Part shown: in pieces, positions 1-10,978 of the stretch | Numbering within the stretch: the first letter of the stretch is position 1 | Layout: each line of letters begins with the position of its first letter | Assembly: GCA_034226945.1 (NCBI GenBank) | Contig: CP120460.1 | Location: 496,001 to 560,000 of the forward strand | Direction of reading: 5' to 3' | Source of the DNA: Picochlorum sp. SENEW3 | Taxonomy: Eukaryota | DNA length: 64,000 bases | Notes under the pieces: generated by a model | What the model saw: only the letters and a program-made list of their open reading frames with translations | What the model was told of the DNA's origin: nothing | Database searches by the model: none | Program-made: the position numbers and the translations under genes

Positions 1-1730
1 GAAATGCCATTGGGTCTGGTATGCTCGAGTTGGGAGTGAAGGGAGGGAGCGATACGAGGGTTGGGCTGTATTCGCATAATAGTGTGGATTGGATGTTGGT
101 TGATTGCGCTGTTCATGCGTATGGGATGACGGCAGTGCCGTTATATGACACCCTGGGACCAGATGCTGTGGAGTATATTTCCAATCATGCTGAGCTGGCG
201 GCGATCGCGTGCTCTATTACAGTGCTTGATAAATTATATCCAGTTCTTTCATCCTGTACGACTGTCAAGCTGGTTGTTGTGTATGGGACGACGCCTCACC
301 AGAGGTTGCCGGAGAAGCCTGCTGGGTGTGGGCATGTCAGGGTGATGACATTGGATAGAGTGCAGGCCATGGGATACAAGCATCCAAAGCCGCACATGCC
401 TCCGCGGCCTGATGATATTGCATTGATTAATTATACGTCTGGGACGACTGGTGTACCGAAGGGTGCCATGTTGACGCACAGAGCTTTGATTGCAAATGTG
501 GCTGGAGCATGCATGGTGATTGACCCAATCATAGAGTCCGACACGATGGAGCACAGGCATATTTCGTATTTGCCTTTGGCGCATATTTATGAGCGATTTA
601 ATGTGATATTGATGACGTTCAAGGGTGGAGCTATAGGATTCTATAGAGGGGATGTGTTGCTGTTGTTGGAGGATGTAGAACAGCTTCAGCCCACAACATT
701 TGCATCTGTGCCGAGGTTGTACAATCGAATATACGATAAAGTCATGGCGCAAATTGAAAGTAGTAGCATCGTCGCGAAAAAATTGTTCTGGACGGCGTTT
801 AATTATAAAAAGGCGCATATTTTGAACGGCGATTTACGAGGGGGGCCTCTTGCCCCATTGTTTGATGCTCTGGTGTTTTCAAAAATTCGAGCAAAATTGG
901 GCGGGAAGATTCATATGTTATCCAGCGGATCATCACCCATTTCGAGCGATGTATTCTTATTTCTGCGAGTATGTTTTGGCCCGAATGTGCTGGAGGGGTA
1001 TGGGATGACAGAGACGGCATGCTTGATCACGTTGACATACCCAGGAGATGCCACATATGGACATGTTGGTGCACCCATTCCATCATGTGAGGTCAAGCTG
1101 GATGATATTCCAGAGATGAATTACTCAAACAAGGATACACCGTATCCTCGAGGGGAAATTTGTGTTCGAGGTCCCATTCTATTCTCCGGGTATTTGAAGA
1201 ACCCAGAGGCTACAGCAGAGACAATAGACAAGGATGGATGGTTACATACTGGCGATGTTGGTATGTGGCTCCCTGGAGGTCGGTTGAAAATTTTCGACAG
1301 GAAAAAGAGTCTGTTCAAGCTCGCGCAAGGGGAATACATATCTCCGGAAAAAATTGAAGGTGTATATGGCAGATCTCCCTTCATTTTGCAGACATTTGTG
1401 TATGGAGATTCATTACAGGCCCAGTTGGTGGCCATTGTGGTCCCTGACCCAGAATACCTGCTGCCCTGGGCAGCACAAAGAAACCTACCCCAAGATATGA
1501 ACCAGCTCTGCGCCAACTCGCACGTCTCTGCAGCCATATTTAAGAGCATGCAAGAAGAAGCCAGATCCGCTGGGCTGAAAGGATTTGAACGGGCTGCTGC
1601 AATTCGCCTCTGGGCAGAGCCATTGAGTGTGGAGAATGGCCTCTTGACCCCAACATTCAAGGTGAAGCGTCCTCAGGCCAAGGCTGTCTTTGAACAATTA
1701 ATTAATGAAATGTATGCGTCACTTTCATAA
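1..1730 (+). CDS. Long-chain acyl-CoA synthetase (LACS), 5' end probably outside the window
   Basis: AMP-binding motifs YTSGTTGVPKG and GYGMTE, and the FACS signature DGWLHTGDVG...DRKKSLFKLAQGEY. The frame is open back to the window start. Stop at 1730. Confidence 0.93.
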   Translation, partial: NAIGSGMLELGVKGGSDTRVGLYSHNSVDWMLVDCAVHAYGMTAVPLYDTLGPDAVEYISNHAELAAIACSITVLDKLYPVLSSCTTVKLVVVYGTTPHQRLPEKPAGCGHVRVMTLDRVQAMGYKHPKPHMPPRPDDIALINYTSGTTGVPKGAMLTHRALIANVAGACMVIDPIIESDTMEHRHISYLPLAHIYERFNVILMTFKGGAIGFYRGDVLLLLEDVEQLQPTTFASVPRLYNRIYDKVMAQIESSSIVAKKLFWTAFNYKKAHILNGDLRGGPLAPLFDALVFSKIRAKLGGKIHMLSSGSSPISSDVFLFLRVCFGPNVLEGYGMTETACLITLTYPGDATYGHVGAPIPSCEVKLDDIPEMNYSNKDTPYPRGEICVRGPILFSGYLKNPEATAETIDKDGWLHTGDVGMWLPGGRLKIFDRKKSLFKLAQGEYISPEKIEGVYGRSPFILQTFVYGDSLQAQLVAIVVPDPEYLLPWAAQRNLPQDMNQLCANSHVSAAIFKSMQEEARSAGLKGFERAAAIRLWAEPLSVENGLLTPTFKVKRPQAKAVFEQLINEMYASLS

Positions 1731-1748
1731 TTCGTGTAATAGATCAGC

Positions 1749-4700
1749 ATGGTATCCCTATCGTACGAGGAAGTTTTGAACTGTTGCGCGTCAAAGTCAT
1801 TTGCGCAACGATTAGCCTCGCATTCTCCATTTCAGGACGAAGCAGAGGTTTTTAAGATATCTAGAGATATTTGGTGGACTGAGGTATGCCGTATAATGCA
1901 ATTACAGCACTGCGGGTGTCAAATGACACAACCCTTGTCTGCTGCAGTTGTCCATTTTTGACTGGCTCGAGGCTTTTCAAGCACACCCAAGTATAGGTGA
2001 GCAAGCGAGTGGCGAGGGTTTGGGCAGTGCATTCAGTGCTGTGGAGCAGTCGATGGCCGCGCAGACGGCAGATGAGAGTCTCAAGGAGGTAGAGTTGCTT
2101 TGATTGCCTTTTTCCATGCGCCCTCCCATGACAGCAGCCGTGGTTGATCATATGCAGGAGCTTGCTCATTGGAATGCCAAGTATAAACAGAAGTTTGGTC
2201 ACGTCTTTTTGATATTCGCACAAGGAAGGTCATCACGTGAGATATTATCAGAACTGTGCAAAAGGTATGTGTGTATTTCTTCTTACATGTGTGCATCATG
2301 ACACAAGACAGACAGCGAGAGAGAGTACATTGGAACGACACAAATTTACCACGTGATAAGGATTGGTGGTGTTTAGAAACACCATGATGGGTTGACAAAA
2401 AGTCAAACATACCTGTGACAGAGCAATTCATATCACACAGTAGTGTACCTGCAACAAAACATGGTGAGACGCAAAAAACACAGAGAGACAACGCCAAAAT
2501 ATACAATGGTACATCAAAGGATGATTAACGAATATTGACAGTACGGAGCAAAGAGGAGCTCATCCCGGACGCAGCCTTTGCAACAGATTTGCCCTGAGAA
2601 GATCTAGAGGAGGATCCGTCACCAAAGCATTTCCAGAATCTCAGGGTTTCATCAGCAGCGGCAGAGGCCACAGTTGTTCCATCTGGAGACTGTGCCAAAT
2701 GAAGCACACGAGATGTGTGTCCATTCATCTCTGCCACCTTTGCCAAGGAAGGATACTTCCAAAGGCAAAGCTGATTCTGAGAAAATCCATGAGAGGAGAG
2801 AATCTCCTTCTCATGACGATTCCACTGTAGGGCACATACCTGAGATCCAGTATCAATGGAGTTCAAGCATACACCCGTTGTCGTGTTCCAGAATTTAATG
2901 CTACGGTCCGCTGTTCCTCCTCCACTTGCCAAAAGGTTGGACTGGAATGGGCACCAAGCAAGGGCTTTGACTGCAGCCTGATGGTCTGTAAGGGTATGGG
3001 TGGGTCCATCATGACGAGCATCCCAAATCATCAACATATTGTCGTTTCCTCCGGATGCAAGCTGTGACCCACTTGGAGACCATTTCAAGCCGCAAACCTC
3101 TTGCTGATGTCCTCGCAGAGTCTTCACAATATGATCCCTGACTCTCACGTCATGATGGATAATTGTGCTGTCTCTACTTCCAGAGCTGAGAGTGTGATTA
3201 TTCCAAGACAGAGAAGAAACACGAGATGAATGCCCTCCCAGGTTTCTAATTGGACGTAATCTCTCAGCATCCCAGATTTGGCAATTGTTATCAGAAAAGC
3301 CCACCGCAATGTGCCTTCCATCGCCTGCCCAGTTCACACTGGTCACATAGGAATCATTCTCAGTTGCAAGCAACTGCTGAATATCTCCTCCTGATGCATT
3401 CCAGAGATACACTGTTTGGCTCAAGGCAATGGCCACCTTGTTCGATGACCCCCAGTCCATCAGATTGAGATAATAATCATCAACCAGGTCTGGAGCATCA
3501 AGGATACGGTCTGGCTGCGATGGTACTGCTCTGAACTTCTTCGATGACTTCATATCTGTTGCATTAGCAGAGTACAATGCTGCCAAATGACTGGAATGTC
3601 CCTCTGGTGGGGCAGGGGCCTTCTGCTTGAATGCAAGCACACGAGCAGAGGCATCGGTTCCCAGATTCGCGGCAAGCTGTTTCTTATACTCCTGCACAAA
3701 TGGTACGTATTATATTATCGTATATGGCATCCAACACGGCATCAATGAGCAAGATCATGAGCACACACCTTGCTTGGAGACGAAGCCACATTCTGCTGAG
3801 TATTCTCAACATCCCTCATCTCTAATGCGATATTGTACTGTGAACTATCCAGGTTGCTCGCACTCCTATTAGGAATGAAGCGGTCCATCTGCACGTGCGT
3901 CATACGACTGGGTGAGAATGCTTCAATCAACAAACAGATCTGGACATGCCAACACTCGGGAGGACGAACAGACACAATTGCCCATGCTCTCCCTTGAAAA
4001 GCATAAAAGTAATTAATTACGTACCTTGGAAGATGTCCTGGATGGCGCAGCAAACTTTTGGGGGGTTGCCGAACTCGTGGGCACCCTCATCGGAGATGCG
4101 ATCGAGGAAGACATTCTGATACGCTAAAGAATACAAACTATGCTACCTAAAATCGATATAAATATCGAAAGAAAGAAGTAGAGTACCTAAGGATACGTGA
4201 TATAAAATCTTTGGGAAAACAAAGAAGGGCTTCGACGGTTGCTCCACCTGTCTATAAACCAATCCAAATGATCCAGGGTCAAAACAGTGTGTATCCTTGG
4301 CCATCCCACCATTAGTCTCTCTCATCCTCTCATTGCTTGGGCATGGATGTGTCTTTTTTTTTCTTGAAAACAGTCAATTGCATCATTCAATTGCCTTGTA
4401 TCGTCATATTCTGGCGTGGTGATTCCTTTCGTTTGTCTGATCATTTCAAGGCACCATATTTTGTACACTACCAATGAATGATTCTACTTGATGATGATTG
4501 ATTGATGCAGGTATGTCAATACAGCAGACGTTGAATTACGCCATGCTGCCTTTGAGCAGCAAAAGATTACAGAAAAGAGACTCAAGGATACATTTGCTCG
4601 CCAGGAGGCGCCTCTCGACAGCAACAGCGTTGTTGATAGGAGGGCTGCCAACTTGGCATCTCAACTTGGCTCCACCAGCAAAACAGGTACGCGCATTCTT

Positions 4701-5258
4701 TATTTTTTTCTTGTCTCTATCACTCCTTGAATATATATATATCATTTTCTAATTATTATGAGTCTTGTCATTCCAGGACAATCTGTCTCAAAGCAGAAGA
4801 AGACATCACCAATCACCACCCATGTCTTGGACACTTGCAATGGAAGACCAGCCTCAGGAGTCTCTATCGATCTCGACTACTGTTCATCCTCATCTCCACA
4901 CACATGGATACCTATAGGAAGAGGAAAAACCAACAGTGACGGCAGAGTAGCCAATCTTTTGCCATCTGATGCATCACCTCAACCAGGATGGTACTGCCTT
5001 ACGTTCCATGTGGGCGAGTATGTGGAACAGTGTCGAATCGAGAATCCAACCTTCTTTCGCGACGCCTCATTTTACCCATTTGTGAAGATTCATTTCAGTA
5101 TCAGACAGGATCAGGTGCGTATATATCACTCGTGTGCCATGGTGAATGTCTACCGAGACTCATCCATCCAAACTGATCATCATGTGCAGGTCAACCAGCA
5201 TTTCCACGTCCCATTGACATGGAACCCATTCGGGTATTCCACCTACAGAGGATCCTGA
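1749..5258 (+). CDS. TTL: Bifunctional OHCU decarboxylase / 5-hydroxyisourate hydrolase (transthyretin-like, S-allantoin synthase), 6 exons
   Basis: Exons 1749-1883, 1948-2088, 2158-2264, 4511-4686, 4777-5114 and 5190-5258 are all GT-AG and phase-compatible. Decarboxylase motifs WLEAFQAHPSIG, YKQKFGHVFLIFA and RYVNTADVELRHAAFEQQKITEKRL. Hydrolase motifs ITTHVLDT, HFHVPL and C-terminal YRGS. Confidence 0.92.
2265..4510 (+). other. Long (2246 nt) intron 3 of TTL, containing CDC20 on the opposite strand
   Basis: Donor AG|GTATGT at 2265 and acceptor TGCAG at 4510. Joining them gives ...ELCK-R-YVNTADVEL..., which completes the OHCU decarboxylase domain. Confidence 0.88.
2525..4114 (-). CDS. CDC20: APC/C activator CDC20 (WD40), 3 exons
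   Basis: Exons 4114-4025, 3888-3769 and 3691-2525. C-box DRFIP, KILR-like RVLAFKQK, RILDAPDLVDDYYLNL, WD40 repeats and a C-terminal IR tail. Confidence 0.95.
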
Positions 5259-5411
5259 CACATATTAAATTCCAAATACTTTCAGACCACCATTGTCAAG
5301 GACGCAGTATCATAGTATTTGTTGTTGAGAAACACCTGTAAATAAATAGCGATACAACGTTGTATACACAATTGATGCTGAATACACCGAGAAGCATTAT
5401 TCTCTTCTAGT

Positions 5412-7042
5412 ATGTCATATAGTAAGGGTTTCATCAATGGGGAAGAGCAGGAGGAGAAGAAGAAGAAGAAGAGCAAGGCACACGACAACGACAGTCCTCC
5501 GGACTCGCCGACGAGTCGGTTGCTCAATCGGATTGCAGAGATTAAATTAGATAGTGAAGAGGATTTTGGATCGTCTCCTGATAGGAAATTTAGTTATGTG
5601 GAGGACATTGCTCGGAATCCAAAAATTTCTCAGGCTGCCCGGTTGGAGTCCGTGTCTGGTCAGGCGACCCCAACTGCTGGGTTGGATGATAGCCTGGCCT
5701 TTCTCTCTCATGACCCAGATATCGATAGACAGAAGGAAGTCTGTGAGGCTCTTGACAGGGATACGGAATTGGAGAGTCGATTGAATCAGGAGATGGCGAG
5801 TGTTGTGATTTCAAGAATTCAGTCAGGAAGATCATCTGCAGAGAAGATTCTGTCCGTGTTGCAGGCGTTTGCGTCGGCGAATAGATCGTATGGAAAATCT
5901 TTGAGTACAATAGGGGGGATGGAGCTAATAGGGGATGCGGATGGGGCGACGCTGAGGGATGCATTGGCAGACTTTGTGCAACTACCCATGGTATGTGTGT
6001 GTGACCAGTCATGGTGATGAGCATTTCCGTCTCGATGTGTATATATATTTATATACATGTATGATCTTGTTGTATGCAGATGGTTGGGGATAGTCATGAT
6101 AGAGCGTCGCATGCGTCGCAACCGTCGATTAATTTGGTGCGCGACCTGGTAGGAAAGCTCCGAGAGGCGTGTGCCGAGCTGAAGCAAGGGGCTTTGAAGG
6201 TGCAGACAGACGTTGACTTGAGCATGAAGGCTCTTCGGCAGTCTGTTGTCGCGCATAGAGATGTATGTAAATCTTTTGATGCGTTGGCGTTGTCGAAGAA
6301 TACAAAGTTTACCTCGAAATCCCGGCAGGTGGAATCTGATCCATGGATTGCAGAAGGGCGGTTGGTTGAGAGGCAAGCTGCACTGAGAATCGCGCAGGCG
6401 AATCAGAGAAAGTATTTGGCTGGAGCTTTCCGGCGTGTTGGAGAGCTTGAACGACAAAGAATTAGTGTCACGAAAATGGCATTGACCAATTGTGTAGAAC
6501 TGATGGCGAGTTCCATATCTCTTGAAATACGAGAGCAATCAGATTCTGCCCTTGGGAGTCTAGGGGCTGTTGATGGAGAATCAGATTTGGATTCGTTTGC
6601 AAGCATGGCTGCGGATAGTACCAAAGGTGGAGAGGTGTTATCGAGACGTCAATCCCAAATGATTCAATATTTATGGCGTCAGCTGGAAGGGAGTGTGGAT
6701 GTCATTAGGCAGGGGCGTGTGCGGCGAATGGACTCGAGAAGGGTGTGGGTAGCTGGCTATGCGGTGCTTACTCGAGCAGGCTTTTTACATTGGTTTACTA
6801 CAAATGACAGTACTGAAGATAGAATGTGGGTCTTCTCTGGTGGTCCAGAATGCAGTATTCACCTTTCCAGGTGTGAATTCGAGCTTGGTGATGCCCCGTC
6901 CTGGAAACTGAAGGAGACAGCATCCATGTCATGGCTGAGTGGAAAGACAGTCCACCAAACATACAGTACAGATGATATCGATGCATGCATGGATTGGACA
7001 GCAGATTTAAAAGAAATGATATCCATGTATAAAATACAGTAA
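5412..7042 (+). CDS. BAR-like helical domain plus C-terminal PH domain protein (Slm1-like architecture)
   Basis: Exons 5412-5990 and 6080-7042. A long helical region is followed by PH-like VIRQGRVRR...WVAGYAVLTRAGFLHWF and a terminal helix containing W (MDWTADLKEMI). Confidence 0.6.
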
Positions 7043-7049
7043 TAATGCC

Positions 7050-8364
7050 CTATTTCATTGATTGCACAAGATTTGGCAACACTGCTTTGAACGCTGTCCA
7101 TTGTTCCTCTGGCATGCTCAAGCCTTTTGCTCCGGGGCACAACTCCCCATTCTTCTCATAATACTCTCGCACGTTCACCATGGGAGTTCCTTTGAAAATC
7201 AGGATTGTAACTTTGCGTTTTGGCGAAATCTCGAGAGAAAATGACTCATCACGCTGGGCAAATGCTTGAGAAATGTCTTCAATCTTTTCCAGCATTGTCC
7301 TTGCCTGTGGTGACGTGAGAGAAATCCCTTTCTTTCCTGGTCGCAACTCTCCATCCTTTTCGTAATATTCTCTCAGATTGAGCAAATCAGACCCACGCCA
7401 GTTCTCCAAACTGACAAATCTATTCTGTGACAGTGCATGCTTTGTTGGCCCACCATCTCCTTGGGGAGGAGCATCATGCTTTTCCTTCTGCTGTTCCGCG
7501 ACTGGCGCCTTGTCACTCTCCCTCTTGGCAGAACTATCTCCTTCGTTGCCCTTTGAATCGCCCTCCTCGACCGAATCAAGCCGAGCAATGTCTTCTTGCA
7601 ACGGGCCCATGATGACTTTCAAGGCATCATACTGCGCCCGAGGCAAACAAATACCCTTCTTCGAATGCTTCATCTCTCCATTACTATCATAAAACTCTCG
7701 TATATCAAATCCCATAGAATCCCCACCGAGAAGAACGATGCTTATTTTCTTGGTCGGAGATATCTCAAATGACATGTTGATCATATTAAATGAACACGGC
7801 TCATCATAAATAGCATTCACCAAACCATCCACATCACCATCCATCACCTTTGAACGAAGACACTCCCATTGCTTCAATGTCAAAGATATACCCGTTTTAC
7901 CAGGCATCATCTGCCCATCCTTCTCGTAAAACTCTCTGATATCCACAAGATGCTTCCCATGAAACGTCTTCAGTCCCACATACCTCTTTGAAGACAATGG
8001 ATAAAAGCCAGGAACCTTGGATTCTTGTTTTTGCTTCTTCACCGCATCATGAAGCTGCGCCAAAACAGCATCCTCGGCCGCTTTTCTCTTCTTCTGATGT
8101 TCACGCATGGCTTGCTCTCGTAAAAACAAGTCAACTTCTGACCTGAGCAAGTCTTTATACTCCGCCAACGAGAAGCCAAGATCCGACTCGAGACTCTCCT
8201 GTAATCTTGTTACTTTTACAGTAGTAATGTTGCATCTTTTATACATGATACAAAGCGTCCAAAGTGCATACCTGAATACTTGTCAAAGTGGACTGTTCAA
8301 GTTCAAGACGGGGCAATAGGTCCCTCACACGGGCCTGAACTTGCTCCTTCTTTTCTTCATCCAT
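7050..8364 (-). CDS. KELP/PC4 (Sub1)-type coactivator: DEK-C-like N-terminus plus four PC4 domains
   Basis: Exons 8364-8272 and 8198-7050. Four copies of the D/N-[ILV]RE[FY]Y...K[KT]G[IL]SL-type PC4 motif. Confidence 0.85.
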
Positions 8365-8584
8365 TATTTCTTTTTTTTAAATATTTTTTAAAACGAAATG
8401 GATTTGACTGACGCATGCTTAAGCACCTCAAGCTTGGGGTGGCTGTGGTATCAAAAATCTACGATACATAATGTTTTATATACGGACTTTCTCAACCACA
8501 CCCTACTGTGCTCTTGTCACCAGAAACGCACCCGTATCTGATATACCTGTAGCACATTATATCATTTATAGCGTTAGGGACACA

Positions 8585-9228
8585 ATGTTGCGTCGTACGG
8601 TGTCAAGACTGGCAAAGCAGTGCTCGTCTAGCGTTGGAGACTTGTCCAAGCTTCAGCCAGAAAGGGCTGTCTGGGACTATACCATCTCTCAACACATGAT
8701 AAAAGATTATTTATGTTCATCAAGGACCCTGACATCTTCATCCATAGCCGCATCGGAAGATAAAAAGTCGTACGTAGACATGTCAGAACATGCTGTTGCA
8801 ACACTTTTGTCTCTTTCCCGCTGCGTAGGTCTATATATAATTCTATTCGGTATGCAATTGCCTGCAGATCAATTCATGTTACTTTTACAGATGAGAAGGA
8901 TGGTTCTGTGGTGACTGTGGAAGCTCCTCTGGGAGAGAACCTATTGGAAGTGGCACATAGCAATGAGATTGATTTGGAAGGGGCGTGTGAAGGGTCCCTT
9001 GCGTGCTCAACATGTCATGTGATTGTGGAAGATCAAGCGTATTATGATAAGATTCCTGAGCCTGACGATGATGAGAATGATATGCTTGATCTTGCGTTTG
9101 GCTTGACGGATACGTCGAGGTTGGGGTGCCAGGTGATTGCTACAGAAGAGTTGGATGGGATGCATGTTACCATACCCTCGGCAACGCGAAATTTCGCGGT
9201 AGATGGCTTTGTACCAAAACCTCATTAG
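8585..9228 (+). CDS. Mitochondrial adrenodoxin-type [2Fe-2S] ferredoxin
   Basis: Exons 8585-8769 and 8868-9228. Presequence [11 protein letters not shown]; motifs [15 protein letters not shown] and SRLGCQ; C-terminal PKPH. Confidence 0.93.
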
Positions 9229-9322
9229 ATGTGCTTTCATTCTTTGTTACTAGTGGGCCTCTAGTAGGGGCAGATGCTAAATTGCTACAACCATATTCGT
9301 CTGATGGTGGTACCAGAAACTG

Positions 9323-10594
9323 TTATTGTTCATGTTGCTGAATCAGCTGAATAGCCTGCTCTCGGCTTCCCATCAGACCCACTCGCTCCTCCAACACAAC
9401 ATACAATGGAATATGCTTGAGCACCTTGTCATGGAAGCGAGACGCTTTCCACAAAAAGGCCTCTAAAAGGCCTCCTTCTTCTACTCGCTCTAGTACCTTT
9501 GGTAGGATACCACCAGCTATATACACTCCACCAGTCGACAACCCTCTCAACGCCATATGAGACGCTTCTGCACCAACAATAGAGAGGAACATATCCAATG
9601 CCTCAGACGCCACAGGATCCGTCCGCTCTAATCCTGCCTTGGACACCGATGCTGGCGTGGGATTTTCCATGGGAGGATGGATGGGTCTGTGTGAAATCTC
9701 ATCCGTGTGCAAAAACTCATAAATACGAACCAAACCACTCCCACAGGCTACGCGTTCTACAGAACAATGCCCACGATCCGCCTCTACCTTTGCCTGCAAT
9801 GCTCTCTGCTTCCACCCACGTGGAGCAAATGTGGCATGCGAGCCCTCTGAGGGATACACAGTGTAATTCCCAATTGCATCATTCCAAAACAACTGTGCCT
9901 GACCCAAGCCCGTCCCAGGACCGAGAACAGACAATGGTCCTCTCTTCTCCCTCGGAACATCGTGCAATGTCAATATCTGATGACTCCCCAACGATGTCAC
10001 ACCATATCCAATAGCTTCAAAATCATTCAGCACCCGACAAGGAATTCCAAACTCGCGCTCCACATCCTCCTTGTCAACCACCCATTTCAAATTCGTAAAC
10101 CGACAGCAATCATTCTTCACAGGACCAGCACATGCAAACGCAGCAGCTTTTGGGGGCGATCGAGTCGCTGCATCCGTCTGTAGAAACGCAGCAAGGGCAA
10201 GATCAAACGTCTCATAGTCACTGGTGGGAAGAATCTGCTCCAAAGTCATCTCAGCAGGGCGATAAAACGCATCCAACTCCCACAACTGGAATCTACAGTT
10301 TGTTCCTCCGATATCCGCAACCAACACGCTTGCATTTTTTGCGACACCAGCAGCAGCAACAATGGAATCCCTGGAGAGTCCCGCAAGAGGCACTCCACCC
10401 CTCCTCCGAGACCCAAACCACCCATGCCCTGAATGCATGGTATTCTTCGATAAACACGTAAAATAACAATTACTGGTACTAGTATGGCGATACTGATGGC
10501 TCATAACACGAGCATCTCCACCCAAACGACTGGTTCCCTGATGACCTCCAGGGCAGCGTCCTCGTATGTCAAAGACGACACGGCCAATACTCAT
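9323..10594 (-). CDS. Glucokinase (bacterial Glk-type family) with a transit-peptide-like N-terminus
   Basis: Motifs LVADIGGTNCRF, LNDFEA, GPGTGLG, SEGSH and GGVYIAGGI. The first in-frame ATG is at 10594. Confidence 0.9.
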   Translation of the reverse strand: MSIGRVVFDIRGRCPGGHQGTSRLGGDARVMSHQYRHTSTSNCYFTCLSKNTMHSGHGWFGSRRRGGVPLAGLSRDSIVAAAGVAKNASVLVADIGGTNCRFQLWELDAFYRPAEMTLEQILPTSDYETFDLALAAFLQTDAATRSPPKAAAFACAGPVKNDCCRFTNLKWVVDKEDVEREFGIPCRVLNDFEAIGYGVTSLGSHQILTLHDVPREKRGPLSVLGPGTGLGQAQLFWNDAIGNYTVYPSEGSHATFAPRGWKQRALQAKVEADRGHCSVERVACGSGLVRIYEFLHTDEISHRPIHPPMENPTPASVSKAGLERTDPVASEALDMFLSIVGAEASHMALRGLSTGGVYIAGGILPKVLERVEEGGLLEAFLWKASRFHDKVLKHIPLYVVLEERVGLMGSREQAIQLIQQHEQ

Positions 10595-10978
10595 GATACC
10601 AAGGATCTGATTACTGATTGTGATATTCTGCTTCAAAAATTAAATACATCTAGCCCTGTAAGAATCGCATCGCAAGGGTTCTTTTTACAACGCTGAATCT
10701 CTACATGGATCTCTCAATTGAACATTTCCATTGTATGGATTCAGCAGCTGAAATAGATGTGTCACAACAGCCTACCGGTCGTAGTGCATCTTGGATTGGA
10801 AGCCCTGATATTGTGGTCGATATATACACGTTTGTCCCATCAACGCAAACTCTTGACAGGATATTGGTGCTGTTCCTTGTTTGCCACATCCTTCACCAAT
10901 ATATACCAGTGCCAAACGCAGCTTATATGTCATATTCTTAGCAATAACGTAGTAAAAGAAAGTATCACTGTTATCTTC

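Noticed and set aside
4758..5258. Stand-alone HIU hydrolase ORF (166 aa)
   Set aside because: Its ATG lies in TTL intron 4 and the ORF reads through a 75-nt intron. It is the 3' part of the fused TTL gene.
9323..10594. Bacterial-type glucokinase as a recent horizontal transfer
   Set aside because: Glk-type glucokinases are known in green algae, and nothing in the sequence marks this one as recently acquired.
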